NCBI GenBank assembly: GCA_025603075.1
Contig: MU626318.1
Span: 1-64,000, forward strand
Direction of reading: 5' to 3'
Source: Neoconidiobolus thromboides FSU 785
Taxonomy: Eukaryota > Fungi > Entomophthoromycota
DNA length: 64,000 nt
The stretch's first letter is position 1, and each line of letters opens with the position of its first letter. The position numbers and the translations under genes were made by a program. Of this stretch, positions 51,845-63,604 are shown piece by piece. The notes under the pieces are model-generated. The model made no database searches. It had not been told where the DNA came from and saw nothing but the letters and a program-made list of their open reading frames with translations.

Positions 51845-54106
51845 TCAAAAATTGGATGAAAAAATGGAACTAATTCGGATATCCCAATGAAGATTTTGGA
51901 CTTGGTGAGCACAACCAGCTGGTATAGGTACTGCATCACCAGATTTTTGATAAATTTGGCGACCTATTACATTATAGTCATTTACAAGGTCTTCTGGGTC
52001 TTTTTCAGTCAAATAAACAGCTTGGTCATAAATTAGATGAAAATTCACATAATCTCTCTTATATTTTAATATGAATTTTTTAAGCATCCCTGTATTCTCT
52101 TTCAAAAATGTGTCACAAAGCATCTGGTTCATTCGAAATGCCTAAGGAGTAGTTCATTATATTAACGGCATCTGCGGCATGCAAATGAAGTGGTGTGGTG
52201 CTAAATTTCTTACTATTTTTGTAATAATAGGAATTGTACATTTTTGGTCCCAGATCTGGGACAACGTGAATATCTGGCAGATATGAAACTAGTTTAAACT
52301 TACTATCATATCTCATATACTCTGGAAATGCCATAAGGTTCACAAAATCGTTATAAAGCCATTCAAAGGATACTTTGAAGCTTGTGGCAGATTGTTAACT
52401 CTTATTCTTGGTTGGTATATGTTTTCTGTTCATTTAGACTCCTCTGTCCTAATTATTAAAGTTGATAAAAAGACCTTTTAAATTTAAGCTATCATCTTTT
52501 TATTATTTAAATAAACAATTTTTTAACTTTTACATAATACTTGACAAAGAATGAAGGATCCGCTGCATACCTTAATGAGCTTATATCTAGCAGGCTTACC
52601 ATCGGAGTACCTTTTCTTCATTTTACTTGAAAATAGGCTGACTCAATAAATTCTCTTTTTGCAAATCAGTAGGGATGGGTGGGATAATCAAGATTAGGTA
52701 ACAACTCACTTCTTATGCTTTCCTGACTATTTGAAATATCAGCTGGGTTGTATACAAGGACAGGATCATAAAAGTTTTTAAATTGTTTTGATGTGTAATC
52801 AGAAAACGGTAAAAGCACTCTACGTGTGTAGAAGCTACTTTTTGATCTACAAGAGATAGTACAATTAAAAAGGTTTTTTTGACACCAAATTCATCATAAA
52901 ATTCTTTATAACATAAAGCGTATAGCTCAACACCACATCTATGACACATATAGAAAAAGGAGAATATTGAAGCTCTACATTTATTACTAAGCTGTGCTAT
53001 AGACTGAGTCATTTTATGATAATACATGTCATTTCCAGATTCCTTATAAACTTCAATTTTATTTTTAATACTTCTTTTAATGCTAAATTGCTATATTTTT
53101 CTACATATTTGTATCTTTCATTTCTAGCTTCATTATTATATATAATTAGTGACGCTATTAGTAAGTTGGGAGGCCTGAATGGATTTATATTCCTTGCTTA
53201 TTTTCCTGAATCATTTCTTTGCTTTCATCTTCATTTTCAAGTATAGTTACTCATTCTATTGCTACTTGGGTCAGGTTATAGCATTCAGTTCCACCCGTAT
53301 TAGGAGAATCTTCGAGTTTAGCGCTATCCGGCACTATATTCTCCTGGGATTTACTTAATCTGGGTAAGTTTTTTGGGTCATTTCTTTTGTAGCTACTTTG
53401 TTGCTTTTAAGGATTGAATCAGGATTATTATCATTATCTTTAATTGAGAGGAAAACAGTAAAATTGAGGATATAATGCCTTTATCAAAGTATTGAATTTC
53501 AAAAAACGTTAAAAGGGAATCTGGATCGTATTCAAACTCATTTTTTCTGAACATTCACTAAGATTCTTTACAAACTCGAACCAGTTCAATAATCAAGTTT
53601 TAAAAAATGACTATTAACGATACAATTTAAAATTTAAATCTATTGAGTTTTGAAATTGAAGCTTGAATTCTTCATAGGTGGAGCGTAAGGTAAAAATAAG
53701 TTGTCCTCCTTTTGGCGATGATATTGGATTAAAATTAAATTCACAAATAATTTTCTTGTCTTTTCCATGTAATCTTTTAATAAGGATGTTTGAAATCAAA
53801 AGCATCAATAAAGGTACTTCATCTTTGTCAAATAATGTATTGGATTCTTTTATTTTTTTGTAGCTATCTCAATAAGATTCCTCTTTTCGGCTTATTTTTT
53901 TGTTGCTTTTAAACCTTGCATTGCATTTTCAGTTGGTTCTCATCCTTTTTGAATACTTTATAGATGGCTCACACTTCTTTAATCTTGTTAACATGCTCAT
54001 TAAATAAAATGTTGACATCAAACTTTTCAAAAGCAAAAGGAGATATATACTTCAACTTTAATGCTTCTGATTACCTCTTCAGCTTTATCAACAGTTTCTT
54101 ATACAT
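51845..54106 (-). pseudogene. KDM3-type JmjC pseudogene, 3'-truncated just after HQVQNLH
   Basis: Fragments FPEYMRYD, PDLGPKMYNSY, TTPLHLHAAD, IPAGCAHQVQNLH; many frameshifts and stops; promoter homologous to the 32521 gene. Confidence 0.9.
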
Positions 54107-54734
54107 TTATTTTAATTACAGCTTGTAATTGATTAAAAGTCTTTATTTTTATACTTTTTTATGACATTCCCAGTTGTTCTATTAGCTAAACTTGAAATTT
54201 AGATTCGAAAAAAAACTCAGATCAAGACCATATCGAATTCATATAATACTTATATTGATTTTACTTGACCTTTGAGGTGATAAAAAAGCTTTACTGCCTT
54301 TTTTTAGAGCTATCAAGCTTACAATCTTAAAAAATATTGACTAACTTTTAAATAGAAAATAAGATGATACTTTCTCCAGTAACTTAGTATCTTTTAAAAA
54401 TATATATTAATGTAATTTAAAGATGTAAACTAGCTTAAGAACTTGAGACATTTGCTCAGTTATTGGCATTTCCTTATAATTGTTAATGATTAGACATACA
54501 TTTCGCATCTTTACATCAACTCATATCTTCAAACCTACATTGGCAGTTCCCTTAAAACTGATGAAAATATTAGAGCTTTTTCATTTACTTTAAGAGATCT
54601 TTTGTCATGTGATCTTAAACCTGTAAAGTTAAATATTTAAAATAAAAAACCGTATTGTAACAATATATAAAGAAAGAAAGAAAGAAAGAAAAATAACAGT
54701 TTAATTCTAAAGTGATTTTTAAAGTCAAAAACTT

Positions 54735-55151
54735 ATGGATAACATAGATGTTGAAAGTGGCAAATTGAATCAATCTCCACCATCATATATGGGAATTGGT
54801 TCATCTCATTCAAATCAAACTATACTTATAAGACAACCTGAAATCTTAGAACTAAGTAGAAGGGGAGTAGCCATTTTAGTTTGTCCATTCGAAAATAAGG
54901 AAGTAACTACTAAACTTAAATATAAACTTAATAAAGATACATGGATCTATTTATTTTATATTTCCTTAATAAGTCTTATGATCCTATCGGAGTCTGATTC
55001 CTATACCGCTGCGCTTCTTTATTTTCTAACCAATAGTTTTATTTTTCTTATAGGTATTCTAGATAATAATCGTTATGATGAGATCCATCTCTGTTCTTCT
55101 TGCGATAGAGTTGTTGCTATTGCTAAAGAGAATAATAATGTAGATGAGTAA
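54735..55151 (+). CDS. LITAF-like zinc-ribbon membrane protein
   Basis: PPSY motif, VCPFENKEVTT, hydrophobic middle, IHLCSSC. Confidence 0.75.
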   Translation: MDNIDVESGKLNQSPPSYMGIGSSHSNQTILIRQPEILELSRRGVAILVCPFENKEVTTKLKYKLNKDTWIYLFYISLISLMILSESDSYTAALLYFLTNSFIFLIGILDNNRYDEIHLCSSCDRVVAIAKENNNVDE

Positions 55152-55244
55152 AATGTGGATCGTTTCCTGATTTACTATTAACTATACTATAGCTCTTAGT
55201 TATGAACTACTGGATGATATCACTATAATTTTTTGAAAATAAAA

Positions 55245-55348
55245 ATAAGGGGATGTACTTTTTTATTTAAGAATTTTACCAACAATCTTTCCACTCAAAT
55301 AGCACTTAAAAGATGGAAAAATAATGAAATCAAAAAAATATCTCCATA
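55245..55348 (+). mobile_element. MITE-like element, copy 16
   Basis: GGGGATGTACTTTT...CCACTCAAATAGCAC...AATATCTCCAT. Confidence 0.78.
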
Positions 55349-56384
55349 AGTATTTAAATTTATTCATAACGCTTTTAATCATTGGTATTGATGATTTGGT
55401 TTAAAATAGACCTCATTAAATATAATATTTCTTTAAGTATAAACTTTGTTTTGAAAATTATAACTTATAAGTGAAATAACTAATTAGTATGATTTATGAA
55501 TATCAGGGATTTTCTATTGAGCTTTTCAATTATACAAATATCAAAGCTATTAAAGAATCAATGAGCTTTTTAAATATATTTAACTTTTAAAGACATTGAT
55601 CTATCATAGAATTTTGCATAAAAAGTACATTATAAAATAAATTTAATATCTAATTGAAAATGTTATAGGATATATTTGACTCTAAAAGTCATATTGCTAA
55701 AGCGATAAAGCAAGTATAAATTAAAGAACATAAGAACAACCACAATTATAAATAGTTAAGTAGATTAAAATAAAAAAGATATGAATTTAAACTTTATGGA
55801 TTATGGGGACATCGAAAGCAGCTGTTCACTTATTAGGTCATCGATATCAAGGGTTAAAAGATTTCTCTCATATGAGCAAAGCTATATTTATAAATCAGCC
55901 CAAAACCTCCCAATTGCTAAAAAAGGAACGATAACCTTAATTTATCGATTTGAATAAGACAATAGGCACTGAGCTCAAGTATGAAGTTGGGTCTAAGGCA
56001 AATTGTATCGTACTTGTCTTAATTTTTACTTAATTCACAGTTCTTTTTCTTTGGAAATATTTAAGGTCTATTTCAATCCATACTTCATATTGTACTTTCT
56101 ATCCCTTTAGATTTCAATCACTGAAAATGGTCCTTTCTATAGTAAAACTCACAATTGTCTTGTAGTTGGGTTATTGGTATTTATAAGTAAAACTAAGATC
56201 ATTTAGAGTTTCTTTGTATGTATATTATTAGTCAGAATAAAGACAGCATTTTGTCCTTAATAATATCAATATAGTGACCAAATTCATTTATAAGATCGAA
56301 GTAACTATTTAACTACAGTGCTTGATAAAAGCGTATATGTTTGAAATATTTAAAGTTGGATAAGATTTTAGATAACCAAAAAGA

Positions 56385-56489
56385 TAGGGGGATGTATTTT
56401 TTGTTTAAAAACTTTATTAACAATCTTTCCACTGAAGTAATGCCTAAAAAATGAAAAAAATAATGAAACCAAAAAAAACATCCCCATAT
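56385..56489 (+). mobile_element. MITE-like element, copy 17
   Basis: GGGGGATGTATTTT...AAAAACATCCCCATAT. Confidence 0.78.
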
Positions 56490-56669
56490 AATTCATTTTC
56501 ACACTTGGGTATATTATTAGTTAATAAATTAGTAAGTTAGCAAATCATCTATTTTATTAAACTTTTATAACTTTTCAACTTGGTTGTAATGCTAACTATA
56601 TAATCAGGTCATGGTCTATATTAACACCTATTTCTTTTTATTATTGATTTATGATATCAAATCCCATTA

Positions 56670-59480
56670 TCTATTCCTTTTTACTTTTCTTAGCTCTGTA
56701 TTTTCAAGTCGCTGCTAGAAGTATCTCTTTTACTTATATCACTAGGTTGGAAATTTGTAGGCAGGCTATAATTGAGAATTTCACTTTGTAAAACTGAGTT
56801 ACCAATAGCTTTTTCTTCCATAGTGTCCCAAACATTAGCTAATAAACTGGATGTATTTGAAACATCTACACACTTGGAACGATTATATGCAAGAGATTAT
56901 GAGTCATTGGTAAGTCATACATAAACGGATGCACTTTCTGGGGCTACGAAATCCATTGAAATATTTATACAATGATGAAAGTTTTAAGTTTGATGCGCGC
57001 AACCAGCTGGTATAGGTACCACATCATCAGGTCTTTGGTAAACCTGATAATTAGCAAGGTCTTCTAAGCTCTCCTCATCAAAATGTAAAGTTTGGTCATG
57101 TATTGGATCATCAATGTTTTTATCTTTGTTTTTTTAATATAGGCTTCTTAACATCATTTATATCTTCCCTTTTGGATGTGTCACAATGCACTTAATTCAT
57201 TTAAATCACTTGAGGAGTAGCTCATTATGTTAATGATATCTACCATATCTAAATTCAAGGAAATGATGTCAAATCCTTTACTAGCCTCATAGTAATAAGA
57301 GCTATCTCTGTATCTTTGATTTAAGATCTGAAACAATATGGATGTCTGGTAAATATAGAAGTAAATTGAATTCACCTTCATATTTCATATACTCCGAGAA
57401 TAGTCCAAGATTTATAAAATTATTATAAAGGCATTCAAAGTGCTACTTAGAAGTGATGTCTGCCTCCCAGTTCTTAATCATAACTGGTATTTGTCATTTT
57501 TTATACTGGACTCCTTTTTTTACTGTTAAAATTACCAAAAAACTTCACAACTTTTAATCCGTTAATTTTTTCCCATTCAAATGTATAACTTTAATTATAA
57601 ATTTTCCATAATAATTGATAAAGAACAAAGAATCAATCATATACTTTGATGAGCTCATATCAAGCTCAATTACCATTGGCGTACCCTTTCTCCATGTTAC
57701 TTGGAAATTAGGTAGTTTGATATCTTTTTTCCCTCGGAATGGATAAGGATAAGAAGTATAATTAATTTTACGAAATAGTTTATTTATAACATTTTCGTTT
57801 TTATTTGAATTTGAATTTGAATTTGAATTCAGATAATTTATATCTAAACACATAATTACAAAACTTCTTGAATACACTTAGTCTATAAAAAAAATGGTAA
57901 AAACATTCTACATGTATAAGAATTGTCTTCTGACTTAGGTTCTCTAAAACAGCTAAAAGGATTTAATCTAATATTAAATTTATTCTAAAAACTTTTATAG
58001 TATAAAGCACATAACTCAACACCGCATTTACAGCACATATAGGAAAAGCAGAAAATAGAAGTTATGCATTTATCACAAATCTGTACCATAGGCTGAACTA
58101 TTGGGCGATAATGCATGTTATTTCCAAATGTTTTGTGAATTTTAATCTCATTTTTAATGCTTTTTTTAATCCAGGGTTAATTACTTTTTAATATATCCAT
58201 AATCCTACTCTATAGCTTCATTATTATAGATAGTTAATAATGATATCGGTAAGTTTGGAGGCGTAAATACATCATTAAATTGCCGTTTGATTATTGTATA
58301 TCTTTTATGATTGTGGATTTTTTGTTTAAATTTTTCATATTCATTTACTTTAGTAGAAGCATAACTTTCAGCCAATTCATTATTCTCATTCTTGGTAAAT
58401 AGTTGTGTAGCTCCAGATCTAGATTTACCTCTTTGCTTCTCAACACATATTTTCCAACGACTAAATTTATTAATACTTTTGGAATTACATGGTTGGTTTT
58501 GAACAATATTGAGATCAAGCTCTGAATCCTTGCAAGCTTTCAACGATTCATCAACATGGATTTCTAATTCTTCTATATCGCTTAAATAGCCTAACATTGA
58601 CTTTAAAAATCGCCTTAACTCTTTCTTTACTAATAGGTTTAAATTAGGGTATCAATTCCATCCGCATTATGAGTCTTTTCAAATTCACCGTTATTAGCAC
58701 TATAACCTGCTATCCTTTATCTAAATTTCTTAAATTTACCTCCATGCTTTTCTTTGCAATAGGTTCATTAATTTGATAAATAGAATTAAAATCGAAATTA
58801 TTACCTTGAGTCGAATCCAAAGAGATAGTTAAAGTTGGTGGCTTTATATACTTATCAAAGCATTGAATTGCAAAAATAGCGAAAGGGGATCTGGGTTGAA
58901 TTTAAATCCATTTATTTTTTATCATTCACTAAGATCCCTCATAAACTTCAATCAGCTTAATAATAATGCCCCAGAAAAGGGATAATCGTAGTTTAATTTA
59001 AAAGCCAAGATGGGATGATTTCTGGGATTTAATTTTGAATTCTTCATAGATAGATTATAAGTCGCAAATAATCCGTTCTCCTTCTATCAACAACATTAGA
59101 TTAGAGTTAAATCTACGATAATTTGTTTGTCATTTGTATCCAGTCTCTTAACAAGTATATTTGAGATCAAAAGTATCAACAAAGGTGCTTCGTCTCTGTT
59201 AAATATCGTATTGAACTCTTTTATCTTGTATAACTATTGAGTAACGATATCTTTTCTTGACCTATCTTTTATTGCTGTTGAACCTTGAATTGTCTTTTTA
59301 GCCTGATTCATTTTTTTTGAATATTCCATAGGTTGCTTTTAATTTGTCTTTAATCTTAAGGACATCCGCATCAATTAATGTGTTGAAGTCAACCTTCTCA
59401 AAAGTAAAAGGAAGCTTATCTACTTCAAATTTGGAGATATTCACTATACCCTCGATTTTGCTAATAGCCTCCTTATTCAT
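56670..59480 (-). pseudogene. KDM3-type JmjC pseudogene, near full length
   Basis: MNKEAISKIEG...DKLPFTFEKVD, EELEIHVDESLKAC, TWRKGTPMVIELD, IPAG-AHQ; many stops and frameshifts; HLD changed to NLD. Confidence 0.9.
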
Positions 59481-59784
59481 TTACAGCTAATTACAAGTGT
59501 AATTAAAATATTTGGTTATTTTTATACACTTAAATTTTTTATGACGTTTTATTGATTTCTATTGGTTAAATTTGTAACAACTTTACATTCAGTTGGTTGT
59601 TTGAATAAGATGGTATTGACCCCATACATAACACACATATTGACCATACTTAATTTTTAGGAGTAAGGAAATTTTACTGCTTTTCATTAAAGCTATCAAG
59701 CTTACAATCTTAAAAAATATTGACTAACTTTTAAATAGAAAATAAGATGATACTTTCTCCAGTAACTTAGTATCTTTTAAAAAT

Positions 59785-59891
59785 ATATGGGGATGTATTT
59801 TTGTGTTTAAGAATTTTATCAACAAATTCTCCACTCAAATAGCGCTTAAAAAGTGGAAAAAATAATGAAGTCAAAAAAAACACTCCCATAT
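59785..59891 (+). mobile_element. MITE-like element, copy 18 (absent from the duplicate at ~54401)
   Basis: Filled site within the 59691-60393 duplicate of 54308-54911; core 59789-59887. Confidence 0.9.
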
Positions 59892-60217
59892 AATGTAATT
59901 TAAAGATGTAAACTAGCTTAAGAACTCGAGACATTTGCTCAGTTATTGGCATTTCCTTATAATTGTTAATGATTAGACATACATTTCGCATCTTTACATC
60001 AACTCATATCTTCAAACCTACATTGGCAGTTCCCTTAAAACTGATGAAAATATTAGAGCTTTTTCATTTACTTTAAGAGATCTTTTGTCATGTGATCTTA
60101 AACCTGTAAAGTTAAATATTTAAAATAAAAAACCGTATTGTAACAATATATAAAGAAAGAAAGAAAGAAAGAAAAATAACAGTTTAATTCTAAAGTGATT
60201 TTTAAAGTCAAAAACTT

Positions 60218-60621
60218 ATGGATAACAAGATGTTGAAAGTGGCAAATTGAATCAATCTCCACCATCATATATGGCAATTGGTTCATCTCATTCAAATCAA
60301 ACTATACTTATAAGACAACCTGAAATCTTAGAACTAAGTAGAAGGGGAGTAGCCATTTTAGTTTGTCCATTCGAAAATAAGGAAGTAACTACTGAGATTA
60401 GCTATGAGTCCGGGTTTAGGGTGTTTTCTAGCGCAATTGTTTTTTTCCTTGTTTTCCTTTTAACTCTTTTGCCCTTGCTGTCTTTAGTGTCAGGTGCTTT
60501 TATATTCTATTATACCATCTTTTGGTATCTTTTAGGATTTTATATCTTCAATAAAGATTTTCTTTACCTCCAAATTCATCGCTGCCCTTCTTGTGATCGA
60601 ATTGTTGCTACTGCCAAGTGA
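60218..60621 (+). CDS. LITAF-like protein; 1-bp deletion near ATG shifts the frame (could start at 60271, or be a pseudogene or sequencing error)
   Basis: 5' part nearly identical to 54735 (AACATAGAT vs AACAAGAT); VCPFE...IHRCPSC. Confidence 0.65.
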
Positions 60622-60879
60622 TTATATGGTTGAAGTTGAAATGCGGTGTAAATATCATATCTCAGCTAATAGTAATATTATGACTTTTATTTACAAGTTA
60701 TTAAATAAAGTTAACACTTTAACTAGTTTATGCTTTTTTTATTATTGACTTTAAGGACTTTATTTTTAAAAATGATAGTATGATATTATTTTTTAAAATA
60801 AACGTTAGGATTATATCATAGATTACAAGGAAATAGTGAATTTCATACTATAAGCTATAAAAATTTTGAGTATACAAGT

Positions 60880-60984
60880 ATATGGGAATGTATTTCTGTA
60901 TTTAGGGATTTTACTAGCAACTTTCCTGTTCAAATAGCGCTTAAAAATGAAAAAAGTAATGAAGCCAAAAAAAAATCCTCATAT
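60880..60984 (+). mobile_element. MITE-like element, copy 19
   Basis: ATATGGGAATGTATTTC...CAAATAGCGCTTAAAA...AATCCTCATAT. Confidence 0.75.
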
Positions 60985-61128
60985 AATAATAAAATATAAG
61001 TTATCGTTTTATTAACATATTTAATCAAGAGCTGATAATTTTAAACAAACGTGTAAAAATATTTAGTATAATTTTATTAAATTAGCGGATTAAAACAGAA
61101 AATATATTTAATAAAATAAAGGTATGTT

Positions 61129-61233
61129 ATATGAGAGTGTTTTTTTTGACTTCATTATTTTTTCCATTTTTAAGTGCTATTTGAGTGGAAAATTTGTAGT
61201 AAAATTCTTAAACACAAAAATACATCCACATAT
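61129..61233 (-). mobile_element. MITE-like element, copy 20
   Basis: ATATGAGAGTGTTTTT...ATACATCCACATAT. Confidence 0.78.
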
Positions 61234-61313
61234 CATTTACTTTTAAATCTTATGCTAAAAAATAAGTGCAAAGTTTTAATGATTTTTCATCATTAGAACA
61301 TCAGGATAACATC

Positions 61314-61411
61314 CAGAGATGTTTTTTTAAAAATTTTATTAATAATCTTTCTACTCAAATAGCGTTTAAAAAATGGAAAAAGTAACAAAACCGAAAAAAA
61401 ACACCCCCATC
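61314..61411 (+). mobile_element. MITE-like element, copy 21
   Basis: GAGATGTTTTT...CTCAAATAGCGTTTAAAA...AAACACCCCCAT. Confidence 0.72.
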
Positions 61412-61917
61412 TCTTTGTTTGGTTATCTTTTAATTTGATTCATCACCTTCCATATATTTTCCTTACTATATTTGATGTTCAGTATTATCGATCTTTTAAT
61501 TTATACTCTTTATAGATAAAATAAACCACTACTTATTTTGAGTGTAGATAAAAAATTTATTTGGTGAATTAGTTAAAATCAAAATTTAATTTTAGTTATT
61601 ACAACATCTGTACACTACTTTTTATTATCAACGACAAGAAACTTAAAAATAAGCACAATAGTATATATGATTATTACATTTTTTAGGTAAAAGCTTAAAT
61701 AAAGCACCTTGGTTTTTAAATGATCAAACCACCTGTTTAAGGTTTATTTAAATTTTTCGTAGTAGACTTTTAAAATCTTAGGAGATTGGAGCTAAGTGTC
61801 ATATTTATGTGATAGTTTATTTTTATAGCATCAAATGAAATATGCATTATAGGGACATCCCTTTATCTACATGGGTTGGGGATCATAATCCAAGTCAAAG
61901 AGAAGGAGGATAGTAAA

Positions 61918-62340
61918 TTAGTAAATTGAGTTTGATACGAGTGGAACAATAAAAAGTATAAGATTGGCTAAAAAACCAATTATGAAAGCAACAGCACGAA
62001 TTGATGCTTTATCAAATATATAAGCCGGAATAAAAATCAATCTAGTAATAAGATAAATTAAAGCAAGTAAAGCTGCTGCAGTTTCATTACCATTACCAAT
62101 TTTATTTGCCAGTATAGAAAAAGCAAACCACACAAAACCTTCATTTATGTTGTTATGAGCATATAGAGCGCGTTGTGCAAATCCTGGTAAAGTTTTATAT
62201 TGTTCACGAGGATTATTAATATCAAAGCCATCATTAGCTTTCCATTGGGCTATCCTTACTGGGATCATACATAAGAACCAGGCAAGGAAGAGGATAAAGC
62301 AGACAATGAATTGAATTTTATCTTCTGTTGAATAATACAT
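61918..62340 (-). CDS. MAPEG family membrane protein, intronless
   Basis: GFDINNPREQ...RALYAHNNINEGF, RLIFIPAY; four hydrophobic segments. Confidence 0.85.
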   Translation of the reverse strand: MYYSTEDKIQFIVCFILFLAWFLCMIPVRIAQWKANDGFDINNPREQYKTLPGFAQRALYAHNNINEGFVWFAFSILANKIGNGNETAAALLALIYLITRLIFIPAYIFDKASIRAVAFIIGFLANLILFIVPLVSNSIY

Positions 62341-63507
62341 TTCTAATTATCTGTGCTATCAAACCTATTTTCTTTATATACTTTTTAGTTTCTATTTAGC
62401 ATGAAAATGAATGTGCTAACTAATACAGATTAAGCTAACTATTGGTGATAAGATTATTAAAAAAGTAATAACGTAAATTTCTTTCATCATAAAGTTCCCT
62501 TAAACTACTTTCTAAACCGCTTCCTAGATTTCCTTGGAGCGGGCTACTCAAGGTTTTTCCTAACACTTTATTTTTTGATGTTCATAAATGCCTTTGATTT
62601 ACTTTATTTAAAGTAATATAGGGATTTAAGGTCTAATTGGAGCTACTTAACTATTTATTCATAACGAAAATTTAAATTCAACTTAAAATTGGTATTTAAC
62701 TTCTTGTTATGTTTTAATAAAACCATACAAAATTAATTTTAAATTTACTAGTCTTAATGAATTTATATATGCAATTAGCAAAGTAAGACATCTTTAGAAT
62801 GGCTTTAATTTGTTATAAGATCATTTTAAAGTAAAACATTATCTGGTATTATTAACCATGATATATATGTAATAATATATCTATGTATCAGATGATACTT
62901 TAAGTTAATATTAATGATAATTTTTATCAAAGTTAATAATAGAGGAAAGGTTAATGCAAATATTTAAGCTACTATTAGAATTAAAACCAAAGTCATATTA
63001 AAACTAGCTATAAGTTTAAAGCTAATCTGCTTTATCTCCCTTCAAAGCCCTGGTAGTAGAGTGACATAAAAACTCTTATTCAAAGAATTCCCATACCTAT
63101 ACCCTAGAACCAAGGTTAACCCAAAATAATTGAAATCCATCTAGTGCTTGGATTAGATGTCATTGTGAAGGTTCTTGGTACATCCTCATTCTTTAAACCT
63201 CTATAATATTTGATTCTCGGCCACTTTTGTAATTTTAAAGGCCTTTAATATAAGAAACTGTTTGATTGACAAGTAGTTAAAAAAACCTAAGGTTAATATA
63301 TAGTTAGTATTAAAAATCAGAATTGTAGATGATATTTATTAAATACTATGTTTATTTAATATTGCTACTAATAAACAAATACAACATGAAGCTCAGTGTT
63401 TAATAGTTTCAGTTTACATTACCGTTTGTTTATCAATAATTTCTAAAATAAAATATTGAATACAAGTCAGTTGTTTTATTTTTTATAAATTTTATTAAAC
63501 TTAAAGG

Positions 63508-63604
63508 ATATGAAGATGTATTCTTTTGCTTAAGAATTTTACCAACAATCTTTTTCACTCAAACAGCGCTTAAAAAATAGAAAAATAAAACTAAAACATC
63601 ATAC
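63508..63604 (+). mobile_element. MITE-like element, copy 22 (degenerate)
   Basis: GATGTATTC...TAAGAATTTTACC...CACTCAAACAGCGCTTAAAAAA. Confidence 0.65.

Noticed and set aside
55990-56200. Minus-strand KGPFSVIEI resembling a Gypsy integrase C-terminus (similar KGPFKITKV-like piece near 63240)
   Set aside because: A single short motif broken by stops; insufficient without a profile search.
59767-59991. 74-aa minus-strand ORF
   Set aside because: Read-through of a MITE copy; no coding signature.
393-63604. Repeated 100-bp unit as a CRISPR or satellite array
   Set aside because: Copies are dispersed, in both orientations, with TIRs and no regular spacers; eukaryotic context.
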